Assembly: GCF_018350175.1 (NCBI RefSeq)
Contig: NC_058382.1
Coordinates: 2,914,001-2,978,000 of the forward strand
DNA length: 64,000 nt
Direction: 5' to 3'
Source of the DNA: Felis catus
Lineage: Eukaryota
Part shown: piece by piece, positions 61,021 to 64,000 of the stretch
Layout of the letters: each line of letters starts with the position of its first letter
Numbering within the stretch: the stretch's first letter is position 1
Made by a program: the position numbers and the translations under genes
The notes under the pieces: model-generated
Told to the model about the DNA's origin: nothing
Databases searched by the model: none
What the model saw: only the letters and a program-made list of their open reading frames with translations

Positions 61021-63279
61021 ACAGTGCTATATTATGCTGTGGAATACTATACAGCAATGAAATGAAAGGAGTGCAGAAACCCACATTTGCATGGATGAAA
61101 GTTACAAAGGAACCCAATGCAAGAAGGCAAGAAGAAGCCCATGGAGTATGATTCCATTTACATAACATTCATAAAGCCAGCAAAACCATGATACTGTTTA
61201 GGATGTATTGTGGGTCGTGAACCATCTAGAAAAGCGAGGAAAACATCTGCCCATAAAAACTCGGAACAGTGGGGTTGGATGCATCACGCCCAATCTTCTG
61301 TGGACTCTGGGGTGGGAGCTACCATTCCATGTCTCAATCTGGTGATCCATTGATCATTCTTTGCTAACTGTGCATTTGTATCGTGCTCTTTTAGTCTATG
61401 AGTCTCGTATCTCACAAGAAAAAAAAACAATGTAAAGGAGGCAACCCGGGATCCAGGAACCAGACTCATCCCCTGGGGCAAAAAAAAAAGAAAAAAGAAA
61501 AAAGAAAAAAAGAAAAAAAAGAGAATCTGTCTTGGAGGAACAAGACCCGCCCCCTTAGATTCAGGCACCGCCCCAGGGACAAGACCCGCCCACTTGGAGA
61601 CCTGCTCGGTGTCGAGCACAGAGGGTCTGGAAAGGAGCCAGGGTTGTCATGGAGATGGCCTCCAGCTAAGGATTAATGAAGAGGGACCTGTGGAGGCTCC
61701 ACTCCTCCCACCTCACCTCCAATCCAATCCTTTCTCTTCTGAGACAATAGCGAAAGGGATTCACCCATTTCCCCCATCCCCCCACCCCAGGGCCTCCCAA
61801 GGGCCCAAGGCTGGACCCTGTACCTAACTCCTCTCACTGTGGCCCCATTTCATAGGTGTGCTAACTGAGGCTCCGAAGGAACGAGGGAGGATTTTGCTCT
61901 CCAGAGAGCCGATTATTGGGCTGACGCTGACGGCTCGCTCACAGCTGATCCGTCCAGGCGGCCACCTGGACGCTCACCCGAGCTCCTCGTCTCCCCACCC
62001 CGCCTCAGTCTTCTCCCTTCAGGGGGTCCCCCTCTCCTGAAGCCCCAGCCTCGTCCCCTCTTCACTCCTCATCCACATTTCTGTGCGCAGCTTGGTGCTG
62101 AGGGGTGAGCATTTCAGCATTTCAGCAAAGCCTGCCCTCAAGGAATTATTTCTACTCCTGCGGAGGGGGAGATGGGCAATCAGTGGGTAATCTACAAGTA
62201 GCCTAATGCTACTTTGCTGTAAGTACAGGTTGGAAATTAAGGCAGAGTAAGGACCAGAGGGTGACAGGAGGGATCTTTTAGCTAAGGCGGACAGGAGAGG
62301 TGTCTCTGAGGACATCTGAAAGAAATGATGGGAGTAAGGGAAACTTCGTGGAAATCTAGGGGAAGGGCATTCCGGAGAGGGAGAACAGCACGTTGAAAGG
62401 CCCTGGGGTCCACAGAGAGCAAAGAGGACGGTGTGGCTGGAGCAGAGAGTGAAGCAGGGAGAGAGAGGTGGCAGTCAGCTGAGGGAGGCTCCAGGGGCCA
62501 GACCCGTCCAGCCTTACAGGGAGGGGTGAGGAACTCGGGAGGAAGGGATGGGGAGCACGAGAGGTTGTTCAGCGCTGGAGTGACAGCCTGTGATTTCTGG
62601 GTGCGGGAGACTGGCCGGGAGGTAGGGGGGCTGGAAGCAGGAGAGCCAATGAGGAGGCAGTTGCAGTGGGACTGGCCCCCCGGAGTGCAGCCCGGAGCCA
62701 ATCAGAGCCAGGTCCCGCCCCCTGCCCGAGAGGCCAGCCCTGCCCAGGCCCCCCTCTCTCACCTGGGTTCCGCGCCCCGCCTCCTCCCTGCTCCCAGCCT
62801 GGGTCTCCCCTGCATCCGGCCGGGCCTCCACGCGGGTCCCACAGGAATTTCTCTAAAACACTAATCGGATCATGTGACTCTCCAGCTTAAAACCTTTTCA
62901 ATGGCTTCTCAGTGCGCTAGGAATGCGTCCAGCATTCAGCTTGGACTAAGAGGCTGGACACAGTGGCTCGTGCAGCTCCCGGCCTCTCTCCACCACACTG
63001 CCGGCTCTGATGTCCCAATCCAAGGCCCTCAGTCTCCCCCAAGACAAGACCCCCTCCCCACCCCACCCCACCCCATACATGCTGTTCTCTCTGCTTGACA
63101 CTTTACTTCTCACCTCTCCATTCCTGAATTTTCCTTCCTTCCTTCCTTTTTTTTTGGGGGGGGGGGTAAGGAAAAAAACGTTAAGCCTGTAAAATATAGA
63201 TAATGAAGGTGAAATAGCCACACATACCCCCTCGATATAGACTCGGAAGAATTGAAGGCGGCCATTCAAACGAAAATAT

Positions 63280-63720
63280 ATTCTTGAACGTTCATAACAG
63301 CACTATTCACAATAGCAAACAAAAGGTAGAAATAACCCAATGTCCATGAACAAATGGGCAGACCAACACAATGCAGTCTACCCATACAGTGGAATATTAT
63401 TCAACCATAAAGAGGAAGGGCATACGGATACATGCCGCAACATAGATGAATCTCGAAAACATGCTAAGTGAAAGAAACAAGTCATAAAAGATCACGTATT
63501 GTATGACTCAGTCGATATGAAATGTCCACAGTAGGCCAAGCCCTAGAGAGACAAAGCTGAATGTTGGTTGCCAGGGGCTGGGAGGAGAAAGGGCATGGAG
63601 AGTGACAGCTTCATGGATCTAGATTTCTGTTTGGGGAGATGAAAAATTCTGATACTAGATGGTGGGCATGGTTGACATCTCGATGGTGACATTGAGAATG
63701 TATTTAATGCCACTGACATT
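63280..63720 (+). mobile_element. L1MB-like 3' fragment
   Basis: gttcataacagcactattcacaatagc...gtggaatattattcaaccataaagagg...gttgccaggggctgg. Confidence 0.8.
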
Positions 63721-63836
63721 AATGCCACACCCACCCCTATATACTACCAGCTTTGGGACATTAGAGACATACCTCACTCTCCATAGGCGCCTCTAGGATG
63801 TGATTGCTTCTCCCTGCTATAAAATACCCACTACCT

Positions 63837-64000
63837 GGGGTGCCTGGGTGGCTGTCAGTTAAGCGTCTGACTTTGGCTCAGATCACAATCTCGAGGTTTG
63901 TGAATTTGAGCCCCGAGTCAGCCCATTTCAGATTCTCTGTCTCTCTGCCCCTCCCCTGTTCGTTCTCTCTCTCTCTCAAATATAAAAAATAAAACATAGA
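63837..64000 (+). mobile_element. CanSINE (internally deleted)
   Basis: ggggtgcctgggtggct...gttaagcgtctgactttggctcag...(CT)n...A tail. Confidence 0.85.

Noticed and set aside
20665-64000. tRNA-like A/B boxes
   Set aside because: All belong to tRNA-derived CanSINE heads; no cloverleaf tRNA gene was seen.

Overview
Mammalian euchromatic DNA from a feliform carnivore (SINEC_Fc-like CanSINEs, carnivore L1 3' UTR), syntenic with the human 19q13.42 zinc-finger cluster. Left to right: U2AF2 exon 1 and promoter (-), CCDC106 (-, 5 coding exons, 281 aa), ZNF581 (-), ZNF580 (-), a ~20 kb repeat-rich interval containing an isolated CpG island, ZNF784 (+), ZNF865 (-), ZNF524 (-, start codon in a gap) and FIZ1 (+). 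Five N-gaps are present, three in coding exons. Gene identities come from my recall of the human proteins, not from a database search. The strongest leads outside the standard annotation are all hypotheses needing a test: (1) a candidate 7-nt frameshifting microexon behind a U24 polypyrimidine tract in U2AF2 intron 1, possibly autoregulatory; (2) a possible decayed multi-exon gene at about 19.0-21.9 kb, split by an L1 insertion with visible target-site duplications; (3) a short non-finger motif, LLIDxxG[VI]PYT, shared by ZNF580, ZNF581 and ZNF524; (4) a 40-bp paralogous non-coding first-exon/donor block shared by ZNF580 and ZNF581; (5) a 1.36-kb stretch with no sense-strand ATG upstream of U2AF2.
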